Positions 11,297 through 21,921 of a stretch of DNA of 64,000 bases are shown piece after piece; position 1 is the first letter of the stretch; every line of letters begins with the position of its first letter. Source of the stretch: a virus (lineage: Duplodnaviria; Caudoviricetes). Location: the IMG/VR virus record IMGVR_UViG_3300020577_012390, positions 1-64,000 of that record; one strand, given 5' to 3'. The position numbers were made by a program, and so were the translations under genes. The notes beneath the pieces were generated by a model. That model saw only the letters and a program-made list of their open reading frames with translations, was not told where the DNA came from and did no database searches.

Positions 11297-12544
11297 ATGG
11301 ATATCGAGCGCGCGTTCATCACGAAACTCTGCCAGACCGGGGACATGCCTTCGGTCCAGAAAGATCGATTTACGGGCGAGGTTTTCATCGAGCCGGTCTA
11401 CACCGAGATTTATGGGTGGATCGATAAGCAGTACATCGCGACGGGTCAGGTTCCCTCGGTCGAGCTTTTGCGGGAGGAGTTCGAGGAGTTCGAGCCCGAA
11501 GAGTGCGACGACGAGATCCCCATTCTCGTAAATCGCCTCAACGAAAAACGGTTGTACGCGGAACTCGCGCTGGTTTCCAAAGATATCCGGATCAAGAGCA
11601 GGACGGACCCGAAGGATGCGTTGTCGTACGCCCAGAGCGCGATAACGAAACTCACCGTTACATATGACGCTCAGGGCGACGAGATCGACATCTCGAAGAG
11701 CGGGAGCCAGATCACCGAGCGGTACGAGCGGAACAAGAACTCGAAGGGCCTCCTCGGGTACCCCTTCCCCTGGGCCAGGTTCACCGCGATGACCCGCGGG
11801 GCGCGCGGGGGCCACCACCTCGGGTTCTACGGCGATTCGGGGTCGATGAAGACCTGGCTGCTGATCTACCTGGCGATATGGTTTATCAAGCAGCAGATTC
11901 CGGTAGTCCTGTTCACCAAGGAAACGCCGGTCGAGGATATCCAGAACCGCGCGGCGTCCATCCTGGCCGAGGTGGATTACGAGAGGTTCCAGGACGGTGC
12001 GCTGAACGAGGAAGAGGAGACCCGCTTCTATGACGCGATGGATTCTCTGGAACTCGAAAATGCACCCCTCCATATCATCGAGGTGATGGGGATGGGGGCG
12101 CACGCCCTAGCAGAAATCAAGAGCAAGATTTTCCTCTACGGGGCGAAGATCGCCATGATCGACAACCTGTATTACTACGCGGAGAATTTGGAGTGGCAGA
12201 ACTTCGGTATCCTCTGCAACGGTATCCGTCAGATGGCGAGGAAGGAGAAAATGCCGATCTTCTCTACGAACCAGACGAACAACGACAAGAAAGCGGGCGC
12301 CGGCTTCTCTGACGTCGGGTACGGGAAGGTCTACGCGCAAAGCTGTACGGAACTCATCCGGATCGTGCGCGAACCCATGCAGGTCGACCGGGAAGAACTC
12401 ATCCTCTGGACCAAGAAGCTCTCGGAGGGGAAACCCGGGCGGATCGCGATCAACGCCAAGCCTGGATACGACTTCTCCGAGAAGGCCATGATCGAGGACG
12501 GGGACCCTGCGGCGAGCGGAATTGACGACGCTGATATCACGTTA
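11297..12544 (+). CDS. dnaB: DnaB-like replicative helicase; ends at TTA
   Basis: P-loop GDSGSMKT, KETP..DIQNR, MIDNLY, STNQTN motifs; TTA 12542-12544 followed by GGAGG RBS and primase ATG (standard code would run 161 codons into primase). Confidence 0.85.
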
Positions 12545-12554
12545 GGAGGACACC

Positions 12555-13652
12555 ATGAGCACAGCGGACAAGATCAAGGGGTGGATGAGCGACGCGGGCT
12601 GCAAGGGGATTCGGGCGTCCAACGGAAATTGGGTCTCCACCTGCCCCTTCCACCGGGCGAAGGACGGGCTCCAGTTCGCGATGACGATGGATACCGGGCT
12701 CTATGTCTGTTACTCCGCGAAATGCGGCGCCCAGGGGAACCTGCTGACCTTCCTGATGGAAGGCGTGGACATGGAGCCGAAGCGGGCGATGGCGGAGGTG
12801 TCCAGCCTCGACCTCCAGGGGGCGATGTTCCTGGACGACGACAGCGATATTCTGCTGCCGAAATACGAAGACCGGCGCAAGAAAGACGGACCCGTCACCG
12901 ACCCCGTCCACGCGGCGCCGAACCCGCGGTACGTCCACCTCTGCGGGCGGTGGTGCCCCGACTTCCTCCTGAAACGGGGGTTCAAGAAAGAGGCGCTGCG
13001 CAGGTGGAGGATCGGGTTCGACCGTGAGGAGCAGCGGGTAACCATACCCGTTTATGACAGGGCCGATAAACTGATCGGTCTTTCGACCCGTGGGACCAGG
13101 AAGGACGACCCCCGGCCGAAGTACCTCCACCTCGACTTCCCCCGCTCGTCATACCTCTTCGGGGAGAACAGGATGATGAAGGGCCTCAACCGGGGGATCA
13201 TCGTCGAAGGGCAGCTCGACGCGGTCGCTATCTCACAGTTTTTCCAGAGCTACGAAAACCCTGAAGGTCGTCCCGAGGACCTCACCTACTTCGTGCCCCT
13301 CTCTACGATGGGGTCCCGGGTGAGCGCCCGCCAGATCGACAAGATGGCGGAGCTGGATATCGTTGTTCTGTGTTTCGATAATCCGGCCATCGACGAGGAC
13401 GGTCATCGGACCACCCTGTACGTAGGCGACCAGCTCCTCGCGAGGATGGGTCCTAGTCGGGTTTTCGTGGCTTCATTTCCGTCTGTCCTCCGCGAAGACG
13501 GGTCCGCGAAGCGCCTGAAAGACCCCGCAGAATTCCTGGAACACCCGGACTCCGACCGCCTGTTCCGGTACCTGCTCAACTCTCGGAATTTCGTCTATTA
13601 CGACGAGTGGAGCATTGAAAATGAAGTTTGCGTTTCCCGTGGGGGTCGATTA
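12555..13652 (+). CDS. dnaG: DNA primase (Zn-finger plus TOPRIM); ends at TTA
   Basis: CPFH...CYSAKC zinc finger, IIVEGQLDA and VLCFDN TOPRIM motifs; TTA 13650-13652 then AT-rich spacer. Confidence 0.85.
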
Positions 13653-13720
13653 GACTTTTATCTGGGTTTTGAACCCACCGAAAAAACGGCTTTACAGCCC
13701 TCTACGAAAGAACAAAACAC

Positions 13721-14680
13721 ATGGCGGGTATGCGCGGTTTGGCTGCTGTGCGGGCGTTGGCGGAAGCCAACAAGGGTGGGAAGTTCGTCAACGACTTCCG
13801 GCTCCAGGACAAGGAATCCGCAACCATCTGGTTCAACGGGACCAACGATGAGCCGCTCATCACGTATGAGCACACCTTCAAAAACGGTAACGACTTCAAG
13901 ACCATCACCTGCTCCTACCCGAAACCCTGCGTCGGGTGCTACTACCACGACCACGGGGACAAGCGGGTGGGCGCCAGGACGGCGAAGGCGGCGTTCAACG
14001 TGGCGGACACTCGCTACTTCCACACCGAGAAGGGGATGGGCCGGAACGGGAAGGAGCGCGACCTCTGGACCGAGTGCCCCGGCGAGGCGACCTGTAAGAA
14101 GTGCCGCAAGGGCGCGGAGCGGAAGATGGGCGGCCAGAAGCGGTGGGTGATGTCCCTCATGTGGGCGCAAGCCCTCGATGGGGCGTCGAAGACCGCGGGG
14201 ACCCGGTGCCGGGCGTGTAAGATCGGGAAAATTCGGGTGCTGAAATACGTCAACGACACTGGCAAAGAGGTGTTGGTGGACGACCCCAATAACCTGCCCG
14301 AGGGCGTGATCGAGAAACTGGCGTGCTCGAACAAGGCGTGTCAGGAGCCGACCCGGGCGACCCTCTTCGACGTGCCCTGGGACGTCACCCGGTCGGGGTC
14401 CCAGAAGAGCACGAGCTACCAGTTCGTCCCCGGGTCCTTCTCCTTCGAGGACCAGCCTGACGACGTCCTGGACCTCGAACCCCTCGACCTCGACGAGGCG
14501 TGCAAGCCCTACGGGACGGGCGCCCAGGCGAAGCGTCTGGGCATGAACGACCCCTTCGAGGGGATGGCGGAGGCTGGTGGTAGGAAGAATCTCAAGGACG
14601 CCAATATCACTGGCGATGACGACGAGGAGGACGAGGAGGAAGAAGAAGAGAGCGGAGCTACCCCCTTCGACGACGAGTTA
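13721..14680 (+). CDS. Single-stranded DNA-binding protein (gp32-like, Cys-rich); ends at TTA
   Basis: Between primase and polymerase; acidic tail ending ESGATPFDDE immediately before TTA 14678-14680. Confidence 0.6.
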
Positions 14681-14706
14681 CGCCTGGTTTACCGTTTCTC
14701 GGGGGG

Positions 14707-14735
14707 TTGAATTTCGGGGGGTTCTGGGGTATAAT
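14707..14735 (+). promoter_or_regulatory. Sigma70-like promoter
   Basis: TTGAAT-17-TATAAT upstream of polA. Confidence 0.65.
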
Positions 14736-14758
14736 TAGGGGGTAATCAAGGGAAAGCC

Positions 14759-16804
14759 ATGCGAATCAAGTACATCCGACAAGCCCTCAGCGCGACGGTC
14801 CCCTCCACCGATACCTCCTTCCGCTTCCCCGAGAAGCGTCTTCCTGCTTGTCAGGATTCGATAAACGTTGACAACCCTACAGCCTTTCGTCTCTGCGTGG
14901 AGACGATGTTGGAAGCCGAAGTCATCGGTTTCGACGTCGAGACGGTGGGCTGTAACCCCAAATCCGAGAGCCCGGTCGGTAGGGCGCGAGTCATCAGCCT
15001 CCAACTCTCTGATGGGAATATCAGCTTTTTTATTCCGAATTGGGGTCCCTGGTCCGGCCTCATTCAGGAATTCCGCGAGGTCCTGTCGTCACCCGTCGCG
15101 AAGACGGCGCATAACGCGAAGTACGACACGCACTCCCTCGCGAACCACGGTATCACTGTTCGCGGCCCGATATACGATACCCTGGTCATGGACTGGCTCG
15201 TTTACAACGGGGAGTTGAGCCACGATCTCAAGGATCGAGTGAACAAACTCTGGGGCCTCGACCTCCCCGACTTCGACGAGGTTTTTAGCGAGCCGATTCT
15301 CAAGAAAAACGGTGAACCCTCGAAACGTTCCCGCTTGATCCCCCTCGACGAAGTCGTTTCCCGGGGCGATGGGTGGATATCTCGCCTGATCGATTACGCG
15401 GTCAAGGACCCCCTCTACGGCGCCAAGCTCTTCTTCCACCTCAAGGAGAAGATGCACGAGATCGAGTGGGTCCCCGGCAAGGACTACTTCGAGTATTTCA
15501 GGACCTTCGATATGCCCTACACCGAGGTCTTGTTCGCGATGGAGCGCGAGGGCGCCACGGTGAACGTCGACACCCTGAACAAAACCGGAGACGACTTCCG
15601 TGGGCAGGCCCAGACCCTCGAAAATGAGATCCTGAATATGCTTTCGGATCTCGGGTTTGCGGACAGCTTCCTGTCGAACCTGAACCTGAACGCGCCCCAA
15701 CAGATCGGGGAGGTCTTGAGCCAGATCGGGGTGACCACGGGGAAGATGACCCCCAAGGGCAAGCCCTCTTATGGGAAGGACGCGCTCCACGAGATCACCG
15801 ACCCGGTGGCGAAGCCCATCATCGACAAGATCCTCGAACTCAAGGGCCTGAAAAAACTCATAGCGGACTACTGTGAGGGCCTGCGTGACGAGGCGATTTT
15901 CCACGGCGGCAAAATCCATACGGTGTTCAATCACGCCGGCACCGCGACCATGCGGTTGTCCAGCAAGAATCCGAACCTCCAGAACGTCCCGGTCCGGACG
16001 GACAACGGCAAGCTGATCCGGAAAGCGTTCGAGGCTCCCCCGGGGTACGTTCTCGGCGTCATCGACATGAGCCAGATCCAACTCCGTCTCCTGGCGCACT
16101 TCTCGGGGGACCCCGTGATGGTGAAGGCGTACCGGGAGGGGTGGGATCTGCACGCTCTGACCGCGGTGAAGGCGTTCCCGAAAGTGACCGCTTTCGTGGG
16201 GAACCGCGAACTCACCCTGGCCGTCCTCGAAGAGGTAAAAGAAGCCTTCAAAAAGGACAGGCGCGATGCCAAGGATATCAACTTCGGCGTCATCTTCGGG
16301 ATGGGTCCGGTCAAGTACGCCCAGAAGACCGGGAGGTCCGAGGACGAAGGGCGGAAGGCCATCTCCGGTTTCTTCGACACCTACCCGAACGTCCGGCCGA
16401 CCATCAAGGCGGTCCACAAATCGGTCAAGGAACGCGGCTATCTCCGTACCCTCCTGCGGCGGTATGTCTACATCCCGAATATCAATAGCCCTATCCCCGC
16501 GTTTCGGGCGGAAGCGGAGCGGCAGGCTTTCAATTACCTCATCCAGGGGTCCGAGGCCGACCTGATGAAGATGGCGATGCTGCTTATCCATCGGGACCCC
16601 GACCTGCGGCGTATGGGGGTGAAACTCATGCTCCAGGTCCACGACGAACTTGTGCTTTTGATCCCCAAAGATCGCGTTGAGGAGGCGACCCCGCTCATCA
16701 AGGAGTACGTCTCCCATCCGTACCGCCACTTCGGGTTCCGCGACCTGAAAGTGGACACCCCCGCCGAACTCGGCGTCGCGGAGAATTGGGCTGAGGCGAA
16801 ATGA
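14759..16804 (+). CDS. polA: Family A DNA polymerase with 3'-5' exonuclease
   Basis: Exo motifs FDVET, HNAKYD, YAVKD; TATMRLSSKNPNLQNVP; motif A DMSQIQLR; motif B RRDAKDINFGVIFG; motif C LQVHDEL. Confidence 0.95.
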   Translation: MRIKYIRQALSATVPSTDTSFRFPEKRLPACQDSINVDNPTAFRLCVETMLEAEVIGFDVETVGCNPKSESPVGRARVISLQLSDGNISFFIPNWGPWSGLIQEFREVLSSPVAKTAHNAKYDTHSLANHGITVRGPIYDTLVMDWLVYNGELSHDLKDRVNKLWGLDLPDFDEVFSEPILKKNGEPSKRSRLIPLDEVVSRGDGWISRLIDYAVKDPLYGAKLFFHLKEKMHEIEWVPGKDYFEYFRTFDMPYTEVLFAMEREGATVNVDTLNKTGDDFRGQAQTLENEILNMLSDLGFADSFLSNLNLNAPQQIGEVLSQIGVTTGKMTPKGKPSYGKDALHEITDPVAKPIIDKILELKGLKKLIADYCEGLRDEAIFHGGKIHTVFNHAGTATMRLSSKNPNLQNVPVRTDNGKLIRKAFEAPPGYVLGVIDMSQIQLRLLAHFSGDPVMVKAYREGWDLHALTAVKAFPKVTAFVGNRELTLAVLEEVKEAFKKDRRDAKDINFGVIFGMGPVKYAQKTGRSEDEGRKAISGFFDTYPNVRPTIKAVHKSVKERGYLRTLLRRYVYIPNINSPIPAFRAEAERQAFNYLIQGSEADLMKMAMLLIHRDPDLRRMGVKLMLQVHDELVLLIPKDRVEEATPLIKEYVSHPYRHFGFRDLKVDTPAELGVAENWAEAK

Positions 16805-17100
16805 AAATCCGCACTTTCGATAAACTCCCGATGAGGCCCTCCAAAGAGAAAGAGCGCGAAGACGATCTCAGGAGCAAAATCCGTGCGCGAGCGTGGACCC
16901 TTTGCCTCGAAGGGAAAGAGGATTTCAAGCGAGGGATAAACCGCAGGTCTTCTCCCTACCCTGTCGGTAGCGCGGACAGGGCCTCCTGGGTGTGGGGGTG
17001 GGATTGGGCCTATCATAATTGGGAATTTGAAATGAAGCGGAAGCGCGCTCTCGGGGATTACTCCGCGTGGCCGCAGCGGTGGAAGGGTCGGGACCGATGA
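16801..17100 (+). CDS. Hypothetical protein (ribosome-modulation-factor-like W-x-W-G-W tail)
   Basis: ATGA overlaps at both ends. Confidence 0.55.
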   Translation: MKIRTFDKLPMRPSKEKEREDDLRSKIRARAWTLCLEGKEDFKRGINRRSSPYPVGSADRASWVWGWDWAYHNWEFEMKRKRALGDYSAWPQRWKGRDR

Positions 17101-17738
17101 AAAGCTGGAAAGCGACAGAGAACATCCCGTTCATCGACGGGCTGGGCGGCGAGATCGTTCGAGGAGAGGTCTTCGCCTGCGACGACCACGACTTCAACAG
17201 CTACGACAAGGAACACACGGTCTCGGTTGGGAAGGCGCCCAACCAGAGGTTTCGGAAAATCGGCGTCTACCATTTCCTTACCCGAGCCCTTCCCTCCGAC
17301 GATTCGGCCATCGAAGCGGTTGCGGAAGAGGAAAGGATGCCCAACCGACAGGTCATGATGGCTTGGGTCCTCATGATGGAGAAGTTTTTCGGCTCCGTGA
17401 AATCCATCCATAACAACGGGAGGTCGCTCAACGTCCTCTGCGATTACAGCGCCCGGGACTGGAACGCTCTCCGGTCCCTCAACAAGAGTCTGGGGGTCGA
17501 ACTCGCCAGCATCGAGTCGACGATCCCCGAAGTGAGGCAGCTTGGCGAAGGCGAGAAGGACGAAGGTAAAAATAGGGGGCTAGAAAATCCGAACGGAGAC
17601 CCGGACGATTGCTCCTTCTGCGGCGGTGTGGTCCAGTGGTGGGAGCGGCAGCGAAAGAACAGGTGGGTTGTGAAGTGCCTGTCCTGTGAACAGATGGAAC
17701 TCAGGGAACCGAAAAACCATGGCAGCGAAAAAGACTGA
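17097..17738 (+). CDS. Hypothetical protein with C-terminal CxxC...CxxC zinc ribbon
   Basis: CSFC...CLSC; ATGA-coupled start. Confidence 0.55.
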   Translation: MKSWKATENIPFIDGLGGEIVRGEVFACDDHDFNSYDKEHTVSVGKAPNQRFRKIGVYHFLTRALPSDDSAIEAVAEEERMPNRQVMMAWVLMMEKFFGSVKSIHNNGRSLNVLCDYSARDWNALRSLNKSLGVELASIESTIPEVRQLGEGEKDEGKNRGLENPNGDPDDCSFCGGVVQWWERQRKNRWVVKCLSCEQMELREPKNHGSEKD

Positions 17739-18804
17739 ACCCTCGAAACTCGAACGTCTCCGTGCGCTGGCCCAGGAGGTCAACGCTGACTTGAAGGGGG
17801 AGGGGTCCGTGATCGTCGCGGCGGACGTGAAGCCGTCCGAGCGGATCGAGACGGGTATCCTGGCCCTGGACACGATCATGGGTGGGGGTCTCCCCCGGGG
17901 TCAGCTTGTGGAACTCCACGGGGAGGAATCCTGCGGCAAGTCCCTCCTCTCCCTCCTCGCCATCGCGGCGGTCCAGCGGAAGGGCGGGACAGCTGTGGGC
18001 GCGTTCCGCGAGGGATACGACACGAAATGGGCCGCTAAACAGGGCGTGAATAACGACGACCTGTACCGCATCGACACCGCGACGGGCGACACCTCCCTCG
18101 AAGCCATCATGACCCTGGTGGAGCAGGGCGTAGTGGATTTGGCGGTCCTCGATTCCTTCCAGAGCTTCGGGACGGCGAAGGAGGTCGAGAAGGGGATCGA
18201 GCAGGAGTCGATGGGCGGGGGTGGCGCGAACCAAATGTGGGGCCGCATCATGCGGCGGGCGTACGCGGCGGCGAACATGCAGGCGAACTCCGGGGTCCCC
18301 CCGGCGGCGTGGATCGGGATCAGTCAGGTTCGCGCGGCTATCGGGAAGTTCTCCCCCCATGGGCAGCCTGACCCGGAACCGGCGGGTTCGAGGGCGATCA
18401 AGCACTGGAAGGCGATCTCTATTCAGTGCAAGAAAGGGGAAATTCATTTTTCCCATAAACAGAAGGACGACAAGCGCCGGATCGTCGGGAGGACCTTCCA
18501 CCTCCATTGCCAGAAGAACAAGACCTCCGCACCCGAGCGGGTGTCTCAATTCACCTACTTCTTCATGCCCCACGACATCGAGGGACCCGATGGGGAGATT
18601 GAGAGCCTCCCCCCTGGGATCGACTACGCGGACGAGGCGTTCCGCCTGGGGAAGGCGTACGGTCTGATCGACGTCGCCGGGGCGTGGATCGAGGGGTACG
18701 GGATCAGGAAGCAGGGCGGGGACAAGTTCTTGTGGGCCCTCCGTCACGATATGGAGGCGCTAGAAACGTTGCGTCTGGACATCCTGGACGCCTCGATGAG
18801 GTAA
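17719..18804 (+). CDS. recA: RecA/UvsX-like recombinase
   Basis: IETGILALDTIMGGGLPRGQLVELHGEESCGKS; AVLDS; IGISQVR; CQKNKTSAP. Confidence 0.9.
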   Translation: MAAKKTEPSKLERLRALAQEVNADLKGEGSVIVAADVKPSERIETGILALDTIMGGGLPRGQLVELHGEESCGKSLLSLLAIAAVQRKGGTAVGAFREGYDTKWAAKQGVNNDDLYRIDTATGDTSLEAIMTLVEQGVVDLAVLDSFQSFGTAKEVEKGIEQESMGGGGANQMWGRIMRRAYAAANMQANSGVPPAAWIGISQVRAAIGKFSPHGQPDPEPAGSRAIKHWKAISIQCKKGEIHFSHKQKDDKRRIVGRTFHLHCQKNKTSAPERVSQFTYFFMPHDIEGPDGEIESLPPGIDYADEAFRLGKAYGLIDVAGAWIEGYGIRKQGGDKFLWALRHDMEALETLRLDILDASMR

Positions 18805-18810
18805 CGGAAA

Positions 18811-19233
18811 ATGAAACAGACAAAATACTTCGTGCTGAAAGACAAGACCGACCGGATGTACCCCTGGTTCATCAGCCAGCCTGATGCGCCCATCGGGGTG
18901 TGGCCTGGATACGGGTGGGCGGGAGAAGACCGCAAGAAGGACCGGATGCGGTTCAAGACCCGCGAGGAGGCGAAGAAGGGCAAGAAGCGCGTCCTGTATG
19001 CGTTCGGGGGCGAGCCCACCATCGTCCGGGTGGTGCGTAAGTACCGGAAACCCAGGCTCTTCATCAAACGGACCTCCGATGGGTTCTACTTCCAGCCGGG
19101 GAAGGTCATCGGGGGTCATTGCTGGTCCCTCCAGCGGAAACACGATTTCAAGGCCGATGAGGTAAAGGAGGTTTTGAAAAACCTTCGAGCCACCTACCCC
19201 AAGGAGACCATCAAGCTGGTCAAAGTCACCTGA
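18811..19233 (+). CDS. Hypothetical basic protein
   Basis: Operon-packed; TGATG overlap with next gene. Confidence 0.55.
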   Translation: MKQTKYFVLKDKTDRMYPWFISQPDAPIGVWPGYGWAGEDRKKDRMRFKTREEAKKGKKRVLYAFGGEPTIVRVVRKYRKPRLFIKRTSDGFYFQPGKVIGGHCWSLQRKHDFKADEVKEVLKNLRATYPKETIKLVKVT

Positions 19234-19655
19234 TGGCGGTCCTCAAGCGGCCTCCCCGGGGGATGACGTCCTCGAAGAGGCAAGAGAAGAAGACGGCGCG
19301 CGAGTTCGGGGGGAGGCGCACGCAGGGGAGCGGGAACAAGTGGCACGATAAGGGGGATGTAAAGACTCCGAAATTCCTTATCGAGTGCAAAACGACGGAT
19401 GCGGCGTCGTACCGCCTGGACAAGGCGACCATCCAGAAGATTCAGATCGAGGCGGCCATGGCGGGGAAGGAACCCGTCCTGCGCATTGATATTCAAGGTC
19501 TTGAACTCGCGGTTATTCCGGTGTACCTTTTCAAGAACCTAACAACGAAAGACGACGAAGATGCCACCGACACCGAAAAAGACCCTGGCTCAGAGGATGA
19601 GGGACGCGGAACAGAAGGCGGAGATCGCGGCCCAGACCGACCCCGAGGAAGGTGA
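19233..19655 (+). CDS. PD-(D/E)XK nuclease, Holliday-junction-resolvase-like
   Basis: EKKTA...GSGNKWHDKGDV...FLIECKTT. Confidence 0.7.
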   Translation: MAVLKRPPRGMTSSKRQEKKTAREFGGRRTQGSGNKWHDKGDVKTPKFLIECKTTDAASYRLDKATIQKIQIEAAMAGKEPVLRIDIQGLELAVIPVYLFKNLTTKDDEDATDTEKDPGSEDEGRGTEGGDRGPDRPRGR

Positions 19656-20352
19656 CATCACCGCGGCTGCCCCGGTTCTTTCCGTGGGATCGAAGCAGCC
19701 TCCCTCCCTGATCGGGATCATCGAGGAGGTGCATGAATCGAAAACGAAGGACCCGAATTACTTTCGCCCCTCGATGTTGCCGGGGTGCGACCGGGCGAAC
19801 GTCTTCCACTACATCAAGGCTCCCCACCACCCCTCCCGTATGGGCGGGAAGATGCAGCGAATCCTGGACAACGGGGAGGCGGTCCACAAGGTCGTGCAGG
19901 GGTACCTCGCGGACCATCCGGGGTGGTTCTTCGCGCCGGAGGCGAGGGTGTACGTTCCGGTCGAGGGGATGCTGGTCCGTGGGTCCTGCGACGGGGTCAT
20001 GATCCGGCGGTCCGATGGTTACCGCTTTGGGATCGAGATAAAAACGATCAACCACACCAGCTACGGCGGGGTCAAGAAACCGCTCGACAAACACGTTTTT
20101 CAGGCGTCCATCTACGCTCGTCTGATGGGCCTGGATTGGGTGACGATCCTCTATTGGGACAAGGATAAGCAGGACCTCAAAGAGTTCCCGGTCGCTGTTT
20201 CTGGGGTCCACTACGAGCAGATGAAGGCGCGCGTGGTCCACTTGAAGCAGTTCGTGGAGAAGGGTACCTTGCCCCAATTCGACTCGCGTACCTGCGACGT
20301 CACTTTCTGCCGAAACGTCGATGAATGTCGTCGTCGCGGCGCTCCGATCTGA
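19561..20352 (+). CDS. Cas4-like PD-(D/E)XK exonuclease
   Basis: FRPSMLPGC; GEAVH; GSCDG...IEIKT; QASIY; C-terminal C-x4-C-x5-C. Confidence 0.75.
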   Translation: MPPTPKKTLAQRMRDAEQKAEIAAQTDPEEGDITAAAPVLSVGSKQPPSLIGIIEEVHESKTKDPNYFRPSMLPGCDRANVFHYIKAPHHPSRMGGKMQRILDNGEAVHKVVQGYLADHPGWFFAPEARVYVPVEGMLVRGSCDGVMIRRSDGYRFGIEIKTINHTSYGGVKKPLDKHVFQASIYARLMGLDWVTILYWDKDKQDLKEFPVAVSGVHYEQMKARVVHLKQFVEKGTLPQFDSRTCDVTFCRNVDECRRRGAPI

Positions 20353-20364
20353 AAGGAATTCACC

Positions 20365-20805
20365 GTGCGAAAACAGCATCTCCGGTCTCTCGCGTTCATG
20401 GTCTCCCTGATGGCCTTCTCCGGGGGTCTTACCGGGTGCGGTAATCAGGCCGCCGATTACTACGTGAAGAACGCGGCCAGCATTTCGGACACCGCGGCCC
20501 TGGCGGTCGAGGGGGTCCAGGGGGCGGCGGCTGCCGCGTACGAAGGCGAACAGCGGGCGGTCCTGGCCAAGGGGAAGGAGGAGGGGTGGACGACCGAGAA
20601 GATCAAGGCCGAGGTCCAGAAGGTCAGGGATCGATGGGACCCGGCCTGGGCGGCGTTCGACCGCGTCAGGGTGACTCACGACAAGCTGCGGGAGGCGATC
20701 TCCCTGGCGAAGAGCGTCGGGGAGATCGCCGCCTTGATGGCGGACCTCTCCGCCGTCCAGAAGAACGCGGTATCGGTTTTGAAGGCTGTGAAAGGCGGTA
20801 ACTGA
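20365..20805 (+). CDS. Predicted lipoprotein
   Basis: Basic N-terminus, hydrophobic stretch, lipobox LTGC; helical body. Confidence 0.65.
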   Translation: MRKQHLRSLAFMVSLMAFSGGLTGCGNQAADYYVKNAASISDTAALAVEGVQGAAAAAYEGEQRAVLAKGKEEGWTTEKIKAEVQKVRDRWDPAWAAFDRVRVTHDKLREAISLAKSVGEIAALMADLSAVQKNAVSVLKAVKGGN

Positions 20806-20807
20806 CC

Positions 20808-20993
20808 ATGAGCCACCTCATCGATTTCCTGGAGTACATCTCCCTCAACGCCCCCCACCTGGCGGGCGAGGTTCTGAGCCTCGCGAAGACCTGGGGGTCG
20901 ACCCGTGGGATCGAGATCCCCGAGCTGAAGAAGATCAGCGAGTCCCCCAAGGCGAGGATCGACGCCCAGATCGACAAAGAAATCAAGGGCTGA
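20808..20993 (+). CDS. Small hypothetical protein
   Basis: Operon-packed ORF. Confidence 0.5.
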   Translation: MSHLIDFLEYISLNAPHLAGEVLSLAKTWGSTRGIEIPELKKISESPKARIDAQIDKEIKG

Positions 20994-21002
20994 TAAACCA
21001 TC

Positions 21003-21404
21003 ATGGCTGACAAGGAAAAAGACAAGTCGCCAGACGATATCCCTGTGGTCTTCGAGGTCACGAAGGACGACCTCATGCAGGCTGTGAGGACCGCGATCAA
21101 TCTCGATGGGGACGGCAAGCGGACGATCATGTCCATGTCCACCGACGAGTTCGCGGCCTTCTTTCTCGATCTCCAGAAGGCGAAGCAGTATCTCCAGGCG
21201 AAGATGGAGAACGACACCATGGAGAAGGTGCTCGCGGACGTCGAGGGTCTGGGGAAGGTGGCTGCTGCGACCCTTCCCTTCCGGATCACGAGGGCGGAAG
21301 ACGTGGACAAGCTGGCCCGCGACCTCAAAGAGGTTTTGAAAGGGCCAAATCCTCCTGAATTGGCGGTCATCGTTGCTCAGGTCCGGGGAGGTAAGTATGC
21401 CTAA
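21003..21404 (+). CDS. Hypothetical protein
   Basis: Operon-packed ORF. Confidence 0.55.
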   Translation: MADKEKDKSPDDIPVVFEVTKDDLMQAVRTAINLDGDGKRTIMSMSTDEFAAFFLDLQKAKQYLQAKMENDTMEKVLADVEGLGKVAAATLPFRITRAEDVDKLARDLKEVLKGPNPPELAVIVAQVRGGKYA

Positions 21405-21921
21405 ACTCAAGACCCCAAAAACGGAAGAGAAGTCCGCGCTCCTCGACGAGACGGAGTTTCTGGCTGACCTGACCGCGAGGGCGCGGAAGGCACACCTCCC
21501 CCGGTTCGAGCGCCCGAAGTACGCGGACGGAACCCTCCTCGAACCGAGCCTTCCCCCTGACTTGACGATTTTGACCGACACTCAAATCGGTAAGCTCTTC
21601 TCCGAGTTCGCGGCGATGGCTCAGTGGTCCCAGATGCGTCTGGCGGTCTACAACGTCGAGCAGGCCACGAAGAAACGGGTCGAGAAGATGACCCGGGCGA
21701 AGGTTCGGCTGGAGAAGAGCGGTACGAACCAGGACAAGGACGCAAAGGTGGAGATCGACCCCCGCACCAGGGCGGCGGGTTACGAGGCGCTTTTGGGAGA
21801 GGCGATATTCACGATGACGGATGCGGTGCTCCAGGGGTACCTGATCGGTCGTGATGCGTGTTCCCGGGAGCTAACTAGGCGGGGTTGGTCCCGCGAGAAC
21901 TTCGGAGCGCGCGGGCAATGA
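21397..21921 (+). CDS. Hypothetical helical protein
   Basis: GGAGG RBS; ATGA overlap with next gene. Confidence 0.6.
   Translation: MPKLKTPKTEEKSALLDETEFLADLTARARKAHLPRFERPKYADGTLLEPSLPPDLTILTDTQIGKLFSEFAAMAQWSQMRLAVYNVEQATKKRVEKMTRAKVRLEKSGTNQDKDAKVEIDPRTRAAGYEALLGEAIFTMTDAVLQGYLIGRDACSRELTRRGWSRENFGARGQ

Noticed and set aside
15089-16729. Long antisense ORFs (e.g. 15089-16729, 28022-29485, 36747-38126, 22460-23608)
   Set aside because: Shadow frames of GC3-rich genes on the opposite strand; no motifs or RBS
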